DNA of 64,000 bases, taken from positions 1 through 64,000 of the forward strand of contig JALAGF010003692.1 in the NCBI GenBank assembly GCA_030167865.1, in the 5' to 3' direction. A model generated the notes under the pieces. It was not told where the DNA came from. It saw nothing but the letters and a program-made list of their open reading frames with translations, and did no database searches. The position numbers were made by a program, and so were the translations under genes. Positions 48,342 through 60,459 of the stretch are shown here, in pieces. Positions within the stretch are counted from its first letter, which is position 1; every line of letters begins with the position of its first letter. Source of the DNA: Craspedostauros australis. Taxonomy: Eukaryota.

Positions 48342-49905
48342 ATGTCGTTGCAATTCGGGAATTCAATCAAGGCCACCATGGCGCGCAGATCAGCAATCTG
48401 GAGCGCTGCGGTGGGACATGCCACAGTGCATCAGATACCATCGCAAACACCAGCGCAAGCAAGCCGAGGATATCAGACTCGGCTCAATCCGTCTCATCTG
48501 GTGTTCGGTGACACAAGCGCCTTCGTCGTCAAGGCCATCGCGCCAGAATTCAAGACCTACAATTCGACCATGTCGTTGGATTACACGAAGCGAGGGCGTC
48601 TGCTTTTGGAGTGGGTGCCGAAACTTGGAGATGGTACGTCATGTCTTGTCATGTGGTGTCTTGTCATGTCACATCATGTGGTGTCTGAATACCATATCCC
48701 CATCATTCAATGCTATCACAATGTGTTTGGAAAGTGTTTGGACCTGCTTTGCGGGGGTCGTTGGAATGAAGAGGACGGCACTCTCTTCAAGCAGCATGGG
48801 CAACCGTAGTTATTGTCAATGGTGTCAATGGTGCTATTGACAGGAATGCGGTATCCTCCTGCAGGAATGCAGTCGTGCCCTCTTCTCACGGATTGCGCTG
48901 CTTCTTTCCACACAACCTGCCGACGGTCACTTGCTGTACCCTTCCATTATCATACCTTGCCTCACGAATACTATGGCGTCGCAATGCACTGCCTGACAGG
49001 CAAGTTCAACTGGAAGACGCCGGTGCGTTTTGCGCTATCGGCGGATGAAGCTGCCGAAGTCGTTTCGAGAACGGCGATGCAGGAAAAGACTGAGTTCTTT
49101 CGCAAAGTATCTTCCAGCAACGGCCAGTACCAGAACCAGAGCTCGGGCGACTTTGATGGAGAGCAGGTGGAGAAGGTGTGTACGGTCGAACCCTCGGACG
49201 ATGGCTGCGTCGAATTCAAGTTGGATCATCAGATCAGCGATCCTGCTGGGCCACGCAGAAGTATCGTCATAGATCCGGTGAGTCTGTGCTGCGCTATTTG
49301 TGTTCCGTACTCTGCAGTTGAACGTGACTGTCAAGCAGAGGAGTCGTCTGTTCCACTTCACCGCTTCACTTCACCCCACAATACTGCATGGGTATACTCC
49401 TTTGTGTGAATGGCCTGTGCCTCCGTGCATCTTCTGCATATTCGATGCATTTCGGGCCGATGTACCATTTCCATTGGTCGCATGCCTCCGTCTACCGTCA
49501 TCATCTTCATCATCTTCTCACACGCGCTCATGCCGCTGCTTCCCTTGGTTGTGAATACATGGATCTACTTCATGCATGGATATCATGGCCATCCATATAC
49601 ACGCGCACGTTGTTCATCCACCATACATTCGTGCTTTCCACCAGAACGCACCCATCTCAATCCGCCTCATGGGAGGGGAATATCTTGTCATCAAGTCCAT
49701 CATCGAGTTCTCCATTCCGTACTTGATCGGATGGGCACCTGCGATGGAGGCATCATTGCAAGCAAACATTGACAAGGCAGCAGACGAATCGGGCGGTCTC
49801 GGAGGTGATGGCTTCCACGATAACTACAACCGCAACAGCCGAAGCACAAACTACCACACTCGCGACAGCGTCTTGAGAGGCAACAACAACGACGTGCCCT
49901 TCTAG
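48342..49905 (+). CDS. Whirly-family single-stranded DNA-binding protein, probably mitochondrial, 3 exons, ~276 aa
   Basis: Exons 48342-48633, 49000-49277, 49645-49905 (GTACGT..ACAG and GTGAGT..CCAG), in frame. The spliced protein follows the plant Whirly pattern: APEF, GRLLLEWVP, KFNW...FALS..E, EFF, EKVCTVEP..DG, ISIRL..GEY.V..S..EFSIPYLIGW. The N-terminus is Arg/Ser/Ala-rich and lacks acidic residues. Confidence 0.8.
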
Positions 49906-50707
49906 AGAGAGAGATTATGGTCTCATGCGATGGAATACTCTGCCATGCTCATGTAATCTTCTTAATGTTGAAATGACAGAGAGGAATACGTTGTCGCAAC
50001 ATCTCTTGGTATTCCGCGTTCGCAAATCCAAGCCATCGCGAGCGTCTTGTCGTCGCTTTGTGTGTCTTGTGAGAAATAGATCTTGCCATTTTATTCAGGA
50101 ATAACCGTGGCTGAAATACGTGTCTTCAGAATTGGCTGTGTCGCAATTGCCGCATCTCCCAATCATTTCGACAAAGAATTTGGGATCGAGGACAACCACC
50201 AAGAATTCTGCGCGACGTTCGCACGCGGTCGCCACTCACCTCGCTTTTGCGCGCAGTTCGCGCGGAACCACACATGACATCAGACGCCTTCCTGTGAAAC
50301 ACACCACAACTCACATTCGTCACAACTATCGGTTCTCTGTGTGCTCTGGTCCACACCCGTCTCCAGCAACTCTGTGCTCGACCTGACACACCGCTCCACC
50401 CTACGCTACTTCGCTCTGGTCCACTTCAGATCGGTTTTGGCTTCTCTGAGTCTCTGACTCTGAGCCAACACGGACGTCGCTGAGATTCTCTTGGGATCAA
50501 CTGCTCTCTGGAGAGATATCTCCGACGGCTCCAAGCGCCAACACAAGCAACAGCTGTTCACAAGCAAAGGAAAAACTGCCGATTGGGCGGCTTTTCCTCT
50601 CCTTGCGATTGCAATTGCATACGCGCTCTCCTCCGCACCTGCGACGACCAAACGCAGCTCCGAATACGGGTACAATCACCACAGCAACTACGCAGACAGC
50701 TGCAACC

Positions 50708-53004
50708 ATGAGCGCCACACTGCGACAAACCTGCAAACGGCGGCAGCTCCTCTCTGTTGTCCGCAGCAGCGATAGGATGGTCGCCAGCATTTGGACCGGA
50801 AGTATCGGCAGTGGCAACAGCATCAGGAGCGGCGAAGCTGTGGAGATGGTGGCTCCGCAGCATGCAGGCACCGTTGGTGATGGATCACGACTTCAGAGAT
50901 TCAGCACAAGTGCCAGAGTGGCATCGTCCCTGTGTGCCTCGGGGACCATGAGTATTGCTTTCTCAACTCCGCCTCCGCAGAGGCCTGCCAATGGTCTGCG
51001 CTCATCATCGACCTTCGTGTCTGATTCGCAGGACATGCCATCGTCCAGCGGTGCATCGGACGATGCAGTCAATGAGATATTGCAAACGCTGGACATTCCA
51101 CTCGATGACGCATCGCACACCGAACACGCGGCCTCCGCAGATAAATCCATCATGAAAATGGACGACGTCATGCGATTGGCCAACCAGAAATGCACGCCGC
51201 TCAAGCTCGTCGACATGTACAAATATGCCGTCGACTTTAACGATTCAGAGCAACGGCTGCGCAACGCGCAATTCATATACAAGGAGCTGCCCATCCGCAT
51301 CGCCCAGCGCACCGTGGATCTGCTCACGTTGCCGCATGGCCTCAGCAACGCGTTGCCCATTCAGCAGGTTACCTACGTGTATCTGCGGTACATGAAGCGG
51401 TTGCAGGATACGAAGAATCCAACCAACATGGAGGAGGAACAGCAGTTCACGGACATCTTGCAAGGTGCGTATGTGTGGGCATTTGCCTCTTGGCATGCTT
51501 TCATTTTCGATGAGTGTGCGGCATTGTGATTGCATTCGGATATGAGCAAGCTCGCATGGAGCAAAGCAGAAGAACAACAACCCCTACAGACATCCACGCC
51601 GCGTCAGAGCGGACTCTAATCTTCTGCCATGTCAAAAGTTCGCAACCTTCGTCATTCGTTGGCAGACGGAATCGGAAACAACTATTATACTTCGCAAAGC
51701 ATATCGATCTCGTGTTGCTTTGTCGACGACGGCAATGGCAAACATGCCTACTTTGCGTGCAAGCAACTAACCCATCAATACAATCGCTGATGCAACCACT
51801 GATCGAACGATTCATCAATCAATTCGGGCGGCAACTAACGCGGAAAATCCATCCAAAACGCTTAATGCTTCCGAAATATTCATAGGCATCGTGCTGGACA
51901 GAACATCCATCCCAACGGCCATCGCACGTGGTGTCGCCACATGGCGAGAAACCGAGGGCATCCAGGACACCGACGCCGATTCAGATCGTCTCCTCGAGAT
52001 GGAGGAGGCCCTGTATCGATTCTTCACGGCGCGCGTCGGTCTCAGATTCCTCGCCGAACATCACATCCTCAGCTCGCCGTCCCGACTGCACTACAAGGAG
52101 CTGCGACGACAGCAGACCTGCCTGCAGGAACTCGAGGATGACTTCTTCCTGGGCTGCATTCTCACCGACTGCTGTCCGAAGCGCGAGCTGCAGAAGGTCG
52201 TCAAGGACATCACGCGCCGCACCAAGGATTACTACGGCATGTGTCCCGAGCTCGACATTGTGGAGATCCAGAAGGGACTGGGGCCCTTCACTTACGTCCC
52301 GCATCACTTGCACTACATGGCCGGCGAGCTCATCAAGAATTCATGTCGTGCCACAATCCAGAGGTGAGTTCGATCGCTAGGTCTTCGTTCGTTCGTTCGC
52401 TCATTCATTTGCTCAACTTGCGTTCATGCGATCCTCGAACCTCTCTCACCACACACTGACGCTGCGCTCACACGCGCTTGCACATGTTCGTATATGTTTG
52501 CGAACTACTGTCAATCTGCGGCTGGTACGTACTCTCGACAATATCATATACGATGTGCTCAGGCATCTCCAAAGCCGCGGTGCTGGCATAAAGAAACCAT
52601 TGCATCCCATCAAAATCGTCATCGTCCGAGGCGCCGAGGACGTGACAATCAAAGTCGCCGATCGTGGCGGCGGCATCCCACGTTCTAAAATCGATCACAT
52701 TTGGAAATTCGCGCATTCCACAACGAGCGAAGAAGAAGAGAGCTCCGATTTCGGCGTCGACCAGGTCACAGGGAGCAAGATCCGCGGATTTGGATTGCCA
52801 TTGGCGCGCATCTACGCGCGGTATTTTGGTGGCGAACTGACGCTCAAGAGCATGGAGGGATACGGACTCGATGCCTACCTGTACCTGCCGCGGCTGGGTG
52901 AGAATTGCGAGAATCTGCCATCGCCCGTGCGGCAAAGTCCCGCAATGGACATCTCCTTGCCGCGCATGGGATTGCAGACTACGGCGAGCACGACCAGGAA
53001 TTAA
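50708..53004 (+). CDS. PDK: Mitochondrial pyruvate/branched-chain alpha-ketoacid dehydrogenase kinase, 3 exons, ~558 aa
   Basis: Exons 50708-51464, 51886-52363, 52563-53004. Motifs NAQFIYKELPIRIAQR, RFFTARVGLRFLAEHH, YVPHHLHYMAGELIKNSCRAT (N-box), IKVADRGGGIP (G1), GFGLPLARIYARYFGGEL..SMEGYG.DAYLYL. Confidence 0.92.
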
Positions 53005-53747
53005 TGGTTGCGCTGCATATAATACGTGGGTGGCAGTGAGCAAGCAAATGAGAGATATGCACAAAGTACAAGCAGAAGCGGAAACACAACCGTCGCGATG
53101 AGAAGAACGGAAAGGAAAGGAACCGAGGCAAGTGATTGCGGGTGTGTGAGGGAGAGAGAGAGAGTGAGAACCCAACGTTTGGGTTCATAAAGCAACAAAT
53201 GCAGTAGCATGATTACGTGATCGTACAATACCCAACAGTCAGGGTGTGTGATCCCACATGAGCTACACAAGAATGGTGAACGCAACGATCATCATGTGTG
53301 CCATACGTATGCGTACACACGAGACGCGCCGAAACAGCACGACCACATGGTCTCCAATTCTTTCTCTCTAGAGAGCAGTTGAATATGATTGTATTTCTGT
53401 AGTGTACTGCAGTGTATAATACTATACATACTATGCAATTATGTATCGGCGGAACAACGACGACACTCTTCCGCGCGCATACGCACTCGTAATGCCCCAG
53501 TGCCTCTATGGTTCGTTGCTCCTGTCCATTCTTCCCCCGCTCCCTCGTCTTCTCATAAAATCATACTTCATTCCATCGTTTCCCAACACAATTGCTGTCT
53601 GTATCAGTGTGTGTCTTGTACCAGTATGGTACGAGAACTGGAGAACCGCGTTGTACGCATGCAACGCTGTCTCCGCCATTTCTTCCCCACCCTGCGAGTA
53701 GAGGACCAAAGACCATCCTCTCTCGTAATAATACTATGCAGAGTAAT

Positions 53748-56700
53748 TCACCCCGCCACCGAAAACGATCGCAGGGATTCAATCCCCCTCTTCAGCACGA
53801 GCGCCGACCGCAACGAATCCAACTCCCGCTTCAATTCGTTGCCCTCGAAGGAGGACAGGATCGGTCGTTGGAATTGTGCCTTGTACAATGCCGCACCGCA
53901 CAACGTCGCCGTGATGGTGTTCCCCGTGTTCTTCTCCCGCTCTTCGTCACCAGCGTTGTGACTGCCATCCTGGTCGGCAGCCGCATGGGCGCCTGTTCCA
54001 TCGTCGCCGTCGCCGTGGTTGGTATCATCACCATCATCTGCAGTTTGCGAATCCTCTTTGGATGTTTTGAAACCACGGTTCTTGCGCAGCTTGGCCAATC
54101 GATCCTTGACACTTTGCAGTGCCACCTCTCTCTCCATCAGCGTCATGTGCGTCGATTTGGATTCGTACGATTCCGAGGTCAGCAATGTTCTGGCATCGAC
54201 GGGGCCATCGGCAGAAGTCGAATTGGAGTTGTCTGGTTGCGCATCGCCATTCTGCTGCTGCTGCTGCTCGCGTTGCTGCTTCAGCGTCATGAGCTGCATC
54301 TGTCGTCTAGCCGTGTCTTCCAGCAACCGAATGCCGCGCAAGATGTTGACCTTGTCCTTGACCATGTCGACCTTGAGACGTTTTTGCATGAGGTCGACGA
54401 AGATCATGTCCTTCTGCACTTCATTGTGCAGAATTTGCAGCTCTTCTCCGACGGGACGGTTGTCGAGGTCCATCACGTCGTCATCATCCATGCCGATGGC
54501 ACCGCTCGCGTTTGGATCGAAACCGGACGATTGCGCCAGCATCTTGTCCCCCATTTCGATGGCGGCAATCTTCTCGAGCAAGCGCACCACCCTGGGATCG
54601 TGTTCCCCGAATCGATCCCATCGGATGTTTAACGCCTGCCGGTAATGTTCCAACGCGTGCTCCTTCTCGCTTTCCATGTCGCTGTCGGGCGCTCTGCAGC
54701 GGTAGATCGCCCAGTGCACATCGCCCATGTTGGACCAGACCGTGGCGACGTCCTTGTCATCCTCCCCCAGATTGGATTGCATGATCTGCAGAGCCTCCGA
54801 GTAGGCCAGCAGGGCATTCGAGAACTCCCTGCGCAGGTAGTGCACGCTGCCAATGTTGTTGAGCGTCTTTCCTACGCTGAGGGAGTCCTTGCCCAAAATT
54901 TCTCGCTTGATGCGCAGGCTCTTCTTGTAGGCCGCCATGGTCTCGTCGTGCGTCGCCTCTCCGGACCGTTGGCGCAGGTACCCGATGTTGTTGATGGAGG
55001 TGGCCATGCTCACGAGCAGCTTGGCGTCCGCCTTTTCTGGATTGCGCACCAAATTCTCTCCCTCCAGCGCCTCGTCGAGTATGTCATCCGCCTCGTCGAG
55101 CAAGGTGTGGAAGGTGCGTCGCTTCAACCGCAGCGCCTTGGTGTAGGTCTCCATCGCCTTGTCGTAGTATCCCTTTTCGAAGAGGAGGTTTCCCTTGGCA
55201 TCCAACGCCGCAGCAGCCCTCGCGATGCGCTCCGTCTCACGTCGTTGCGCTCGCTGTTCTGCCGGTGAAAGCGCGTGCGGAGAACCGCCTGCGCTGCGTT
55301 TGGTGGGAGAGGATGCCGGTTTGGAGGCAGGACCAGATGCAGACGGAGTATGTCCGTTGCTCCTGGTCTTTCTGGTTGGAGTCTGCACCGTGCGACAGAG
55401 GAGATCGAGGTCCACGTCGTCATCATGAGCGTCGTCGTCATCGTCGCCTTCGTCATCCGTGCCTTGCCTCGTCGCCTTGTTGGTGGGTGTCGACCTCTTT
55501 GATTTGCGGAATGCCATCATGCCCTTGGCCGCCTGGAAGGAGGAGGCCACGGCTCTGGTGGCGCTTCTGCCGAATGTTTTCTTCCTGCCGGACGTGGCAC
55601 TGATGCGTTGGCGCCGTTTCATGGTTGCGGAGGACACGAAGGTGCCATCCTTGGACGGCACGAGCGTGGCCGATGCGGATGGCGCGGACGACAACGATGA
55701 TTCTGCTTCGGATGCGTCGGGGTTGAGGACCTCATTGCGCTTCGCCTTGGTGGTGGTGGAAGACGAGACCGCGGCCTTGGAGAGATTGGACAGAGACTTG
55801 GCGGTCGCAGTGTTCTGTGCCTGCGTCTGTGCTTGCATGTGCGCCTTCCCCTTGTTCTTGTGCCTGTTGGAACGAAAGAGAAATCCCTTCTTGTGCGACA
55901 TTGATGATTTGGAGGTTGGCGTAGCGGCGGTAACCACAGCATCAGCCGATGCCGTGCGTGTACGGTTGCGAGCGCTGGTATCATGATTGGGCGTGGACGG
56001 TGACTGTTCTTGCACCGCCATCTTTCGGACTGCCGCAGTATCGCCGTGTGAATCGTTCGATCGTGTTTCCACACGATGTCGGTTCTCGTTTTGGTACTGA
56101 TTTTGGGAATGTTGTTGTTGCGAATGTTGTCGATGCTGATGTGCGGCGTCATCGTCCTCCGGCACATCATGGGGTTGACGAGAGCGACCGGTGCTATGCC
56201 GTCGGCTCTTCTGTTGTGGTTGTTGTTGTTGCTGCTGTTGCTGCTGTTGTTGCTCCTCCTCCTGGCTTTGAGTTCGGTTGTGCTGGTATGTGCGCGAGTG
56301 ATGCGATACACTTGCGTTCGTTCGCAATGCAGCATTGGCAGTGCTGTTGGCAGTCTCCCTGCCATGCGATGACCGTCCGTTGGTGTGACCACTGGCGTGC
56401 TGATGTTGTTCTGCAAGATTGTTGTGCACATGTTGTGGCAGAGTGGCGGACGCAGACATCGGCATTGCCATCGATGATGAGGATGGCGAAGCGGCGGCAG
56501 TCAAAGACGCAAACTGGCCTGCCGTGATGGGTTGCGCAGCCACGCTTGTATTCGCATTTGCATGTGTTTGTTCATGTGTATTGCGTGTGCGCGAGTGCGG
56601 ATGCGGATGTGAATTGGATGCGGAGGTGCTCTGGGTGGAGGCGGAGTTGGTGGAGCCTTTGTTGCCTGCATTCGCGTACAGGGACTCGTGCACGTCGATG

Positions 56701-56906
56701 CGCACATGCTCCGTTTTGGGTTCCGCATGACTGCCTGTGGTTCTATTTGCAGCTGCAGTAGCGGTACCACCGTTGGCATGCTTCGCACTGTTCGTGGCCT
56801 GCTGCGCATGGGTGCGTCTGTCTCTGTGCTTGCTCTTGCCGTCGGCATGCTGCGACTGTCCCCGTTTCCCCGCCGTTCGACGGAGCTTCTGCAACAGCGA
56901 GGGCAT
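53748..56906 (-). CDS. Large single-exon TPR protein (kinesin-light-chain/nephrocystin-3-like TPRs) with ~560-aa disordered N-terminus, 1052 aa
   Basis: TPR helices ALDAKGNLLFEKGYYDKAMETYTKALRLKR, SMATSINNIG, SVGKTLNNIGSVHY...ALLAYSEALQI, DVATVWSNMGDVH...ALEHYRQALNIR. Poly-Q tracts. Confidence 0.88.
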   Translation of the reverse strand: MPSLLQKLRRTAGKRGQSQHADGKSKHRDRRTHAQQATNSAKHANGGTATAAANRTTGSHAEPKTEHVRIDVHESLYANAGNKGSTNSASTQSTSASNSHPHPHSRTRNTHEQTHANANTSVAAQPITAGQFASLTAAASPSSSSMAMPMSASATLPQHVHNNLAEQHQHASGHTNGRSSHGRETANSTANAALRTNASVSHHSRTYQHNRTQSQEEEQQQQQQQQQQQPQQKSRRHSTGRSRQPHDVPEDDDAAHQHRQHSQQQHSQNQYQNENRHRVETRSNDSHGDTAAVRKMAVQEQSPSTPNHDTSARNRTRTASADAVVTAATPTSKSSMSHKKGFLFRSNRHKNKGKAHMQAQTQAQNTATAKSLSNLSKAAVSSSTTTKAKRNEVLNPDASEAESSLSSAPSASATLVPSKDGTFVSSATMKRRQRISATSGRKKTFGRSATRAVASSFQAAKGMMAFRKSKRSTPTNKATRQGTDDEGDDDDDAHDDDVDLDLLCRTVQTPTRKTRSNGHTPSASGPASKPASSPTKRSAGGSPHALSPAEQRAQRRETERIARAAAALDAKGNLLFEKGYYDKAMETYTKALRLKRRTFHTLLDEADDILDEALEGENLVRNPEKADAKLLVSMATSINNIGYLRQRSGEATHDETMAAYKKSLRIKREILGKDSLSVGKTLNNIGSVHYLRREFSNALLAYSEALQIMQSNLGEDDKDVATVWSNMGDVHWAIYRCRAPDSDMESEKEHALEHYRQALNIRWDRFGEHDPRVVRLLEKIAAIEMGDKMLAQSSGFDPNASGAIGMDDDDVMDLDNRPVGEELQILHNEVQKDMIFVDLMQKRLKVDMVKDKVNILRGIRLLEDTARRQMQLMTLKQQREQQQQQNGDAQPDNSNSTSADGPVDARTLLTSESYESKSTHMTLMEREVALQSVKDRLAKLRKNRGFKTSKEDSQTADDGDDTNHGDGDDGTGAHAAADQDGSHNAGDEEREKNTGNTITATLCGAALYKAQFQRPILSSFEGNELKRELDSLRSALVLKRGIESLRSFSVAG

Positions 56907-58066
56907 GGGCTGCTCTCGACTTCTCCTTCCTCGCTTGCCTTCCCCAGTTGATTGCCGTTGCTTGATCGTTGCTTCTTGCTCCCCTTGATTGTTCTTCGAT
57001 CAACTGCTGCGCTTGCCAGAGTCGTCGTGCTTGCTATCGTTGCTATCTTCGTTGCTGTGTTCTTGTTGGTGCTTGACGCCCCAAAGGCCCAGCACTCTGC
57101 ATGCAGATGCAAGCTATTGTGATTATGATTGTTCTGCTCTCCTTCGTCTCTGGAAAGGAGGCGATGTTTTGCAGATCACTCTCGTGTCTCTCGTTGTGCC
57201 TGTCTTGTTTGTTTGTGCGTGGAACAGTTGGCGCGTCTCTTGGTGGCAACGATGACAGCAAATGTGTCTTTGTGTAGTAAAACTACGCGCACTGTGGTGT
57301 CCCTTGTGACAACAAGTGTTCGTGACTTTGTTGGTCACGATTGCGGGAATGGGAAACTCCAAATCGTGTTCTGTCAAATCACTCAGCGAAGTGAGATGGC
57401 GGCGTGTGTGTGTGGACAAGTGATTCACTTCAACCAAGCATGGTACTGGCGCGGACACAAGCCAACGCCTCCTTCACAAGCACTTCCCAGTGCCGGATCT
57501 CAACGAGATGCAATACAATGCAATGCAATACAACGCAACGCAACGCGATGGTTGCACATCGAGGTCACACCTGTCATGCAGCACCATTGCTGCAAGTACA
57601 CACTCACATCTCTGTTGTTATGAGCTTGAGCTGCGTTTGGATACTCATACCATACGTTGCCATAACTATCTTTGGCCATCCGTTGCATCGTATTATACTT
57701 ATGTATTCTATCTCACATTCGGTTGCTGACGATAGTGGTGGCAGTGCTGCGTGTTGGCGCCATCCTCCGCTGATTTCATGTTGCATTTTGCTTCCGTAAG
57801 AATTCGGAACACGACTGGTTGCTTGGTGCTTCACCATGACAAGAATCATGCTCATCATCCATCATCCATGCACGACAGGCTCATGTGAGTGCGATGGTGC
57901 ATCCGAGTCCGCTGCCTCCAAGAATTGGATACTCCTCGTTCGTGCTCCACGCTTATTCTACTCCTGCCAAACAGTGGGAGACAAAAGTTCGTTGTCTGTA
58001 ACCCCCTCTCCATTCCTGCAAGACAATGACAATGTGCCAATCCAACAGTACCAATACCAGCACCGA

Positions 58067-59127
58067 TCATTTCTTCGCTTTCTTGCTTTTGGTTTTGTCC
58101 GCCTTGGCCTTGGCCTTCTCTTCTTTTGCGATGCGCTTTTGCATGGAACCCAGGATGATGCCGAAGATGGTGCCCAGCACGTACCCGTACGTGGCACCCA
58201 CAACGACGGGTATCGGCCAGCGCTGGATCTGCGTGCCGCGGTCCAGAATCAGGAACAGCTGGAATGGGATCATCACGGCCAGCATTCCGTACAACCGGCT
58301 CGTTGCCAAGATGTCGATCGATGCGCCACGGAATGGCAATTGATTCAGCACGTTGGACTCGCCCGCCATTGTGCCCGTGTCGCAGGTGGTGGTCAACAAG
58401 CTCGCCACGTACAGGGCGCTCACGATGGAATGCCAAGGATGCGTCACGATGTTGGCGCCGCACACGCCTAACAGGGCGTACACGAGTGCCGAAAGTCGCA
58501 GGTATGCGACGTTGTAGGTGGTGAACAGGGTGGGGTCCTCCGCGTACTTCGACATGTAGATGATGACGATGGGGAGCATCACGTACACGTTCAGTCTCTG
58601 GAACGGGATTGGTTCCTTCAGAATTTCAGATGGGTCCATGTCCGCCTGCTCAGTCATGAAGTACATCGCATCGTATTGCGTTGCGTTACGGTTACGTTAC
58701 ACCACATTTGGTTTCACCACGTTCCAATGCATGATATCATTTGCATCAATGAATGTCCGTATGTGAGGGAAGGCATGTGTCAGAGAGTGAGTGTTGACGG
58801 GGATTTGGGACAGAGAGAGAGAGAGATTACAGTGCGGATGCGACCTCCGCAGAAACGGCAAGGACCACGCAGGAACGCAGCAACTGCCTCCATGACAGTG
58901 CGTCAACTTGAACTCAAATTGACGTCCCCGCCGTCCCATACAATCAGTCAAACAAGCCAAGGAATTCCATCTTGTACCATACGTACCATCTCCTTGCCTT
59001 GCTGCTTCAAGAACTGCAGAATGATGAGGTGCGTCCATCCCACGAACAGACTGCAGGATACGGTGGATTTGAAGACGCCCAGGATATCCTGCGCCTTTCG
59101 TCGTGTCATTGCCGATGCGCGCGCCAT
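58067..59127 (-). CDS. PIG-F/GPI11-like GPI-anchor biosynthesis membrane protein, 2 exons, ~239 aa
   Basis: Proposed exons 59127-58987 and 58645-58067 (GTACGT...GCAG, phase 0). Multi-pass hydrophobic protein with GVCGA and ILDRGTQIQRWPIPVVVGATYGYVLG, resembling the PIG-F PLDWDRPWQxWPI motif. Lys-rich tail. Confidence 0.65.
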
Positions 59128-60459
59128 GGTCAATCAATCTTCTGTTCTTCTTTGCTGTGTATGCGACTGAGTGGGTACTTGCTTGATTGTCTTGAGCAAA
59201 TTACGATAATGTCGCCCAGTGGAGATGTTGTTCTCGTTCTTGTTGTTGATGTTCGATGACAAATGATGATGATGATGAGGTACTCATGCTCTGCCGCCTG
59301 AGTTGTGTGGATTTCGTCTGATGTCTTTTTGCGTTTGTTGTGTTGCGTGGCGTGATGTCACCGCGGAGTTTTGGCGGGACGTCATCTTGCCCAGACACAT
59401 TTCAAGCACCAGGCATACACGAGCGTGACTGAGCCATCACTGACTTTGGACACGTACTTCTTTAGCTTCTAAAATGTCACACGGGACTGATGGATGACAG
59501 GTTGCGCGGTTCTTCCTTGCTCAAGTTGCAGTTGTTCGTTGTGACCCACGAGGAGAGATGATGGTGTTGTGGCCGAAAACGTTTTTTGTCGCGGCAAACG
59601 TTGCTGTCGTGCGTTCCTTCTGGTTGGAGGATTGATTCCGACGCCAAAATTGATGACGAACCCATCTCGTTTGTGACGATGTTGATGTCTCGCTGGTGTT
59701 GGTTGTGTTTCCTTGGCAACCCTCGACCACCAACACTTGTTTCTTCCGCACACCGCGTGTCCGTAAGAATACGAGTGCTCTCGTGCATGTTCATCAAACT
59801 TCCACTGCCACGAAACCTCAACTGCGCATCGGCTCATTCGCACCAGAGCATACCAAAGCCCAAGTAAAACAGAGCAAACCGAAGCAAAGCAAAGCGCTTG
59901 ATCAGTTCTGCAGAGTAACTTGGATGTTCCACAAACCAGTCGGCTATTTCTCCACTTCTCAATCTCGCACAGACTCGTCGACCAGAGCGATCAACAGCCT
60001 CAGCAAGGCTTTGCTTGAGTACGGGTGCTCTGAGTGTTGGACTCATTGCCACTCACACGACGCCAGTCCCACAACTTGTGGCTTGTCACGTTCATGGGTC
60101 CACGATACATGTGAAGAGACTATTGCAGGGTACGATCATATTCAGAAAATACGAGTGGAGGACCAGTTGAAGGGCGGTAGATGAGATCGAAGGTCGGTCG
60201 CTTCTTCTGCTGATCAACACCAAGCCACTTCACTCAAGCGAAGTCAAACCAAGTGATCCCACAGAGAGAAAGACAGAGATTCAACATGTTCGGATTGAAC
60301 GATGCAACGTGCGAGCTGGCTCCTTCGTGGAGTCCATGCGACACTGCCTCTGCCGCACAGAAGTTGAAAGACCGTGACAATGGTGAAGCCACTACTACGA
60401 TTGATGGCAGCAACGAAGACAACGGAAGGCGGCGGCTCAGAGCTACATCCAGATGCGCC

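Noticed and set aside
58067-58090. ER-retrieval dilysine signal at the PIG-F-like C-terminus (KSKKAKK)
   Set aside because: Position -3 is Ala, so it does not fit the canonical KKXX or KXKXX pattern. Noted only as Lys-rich.
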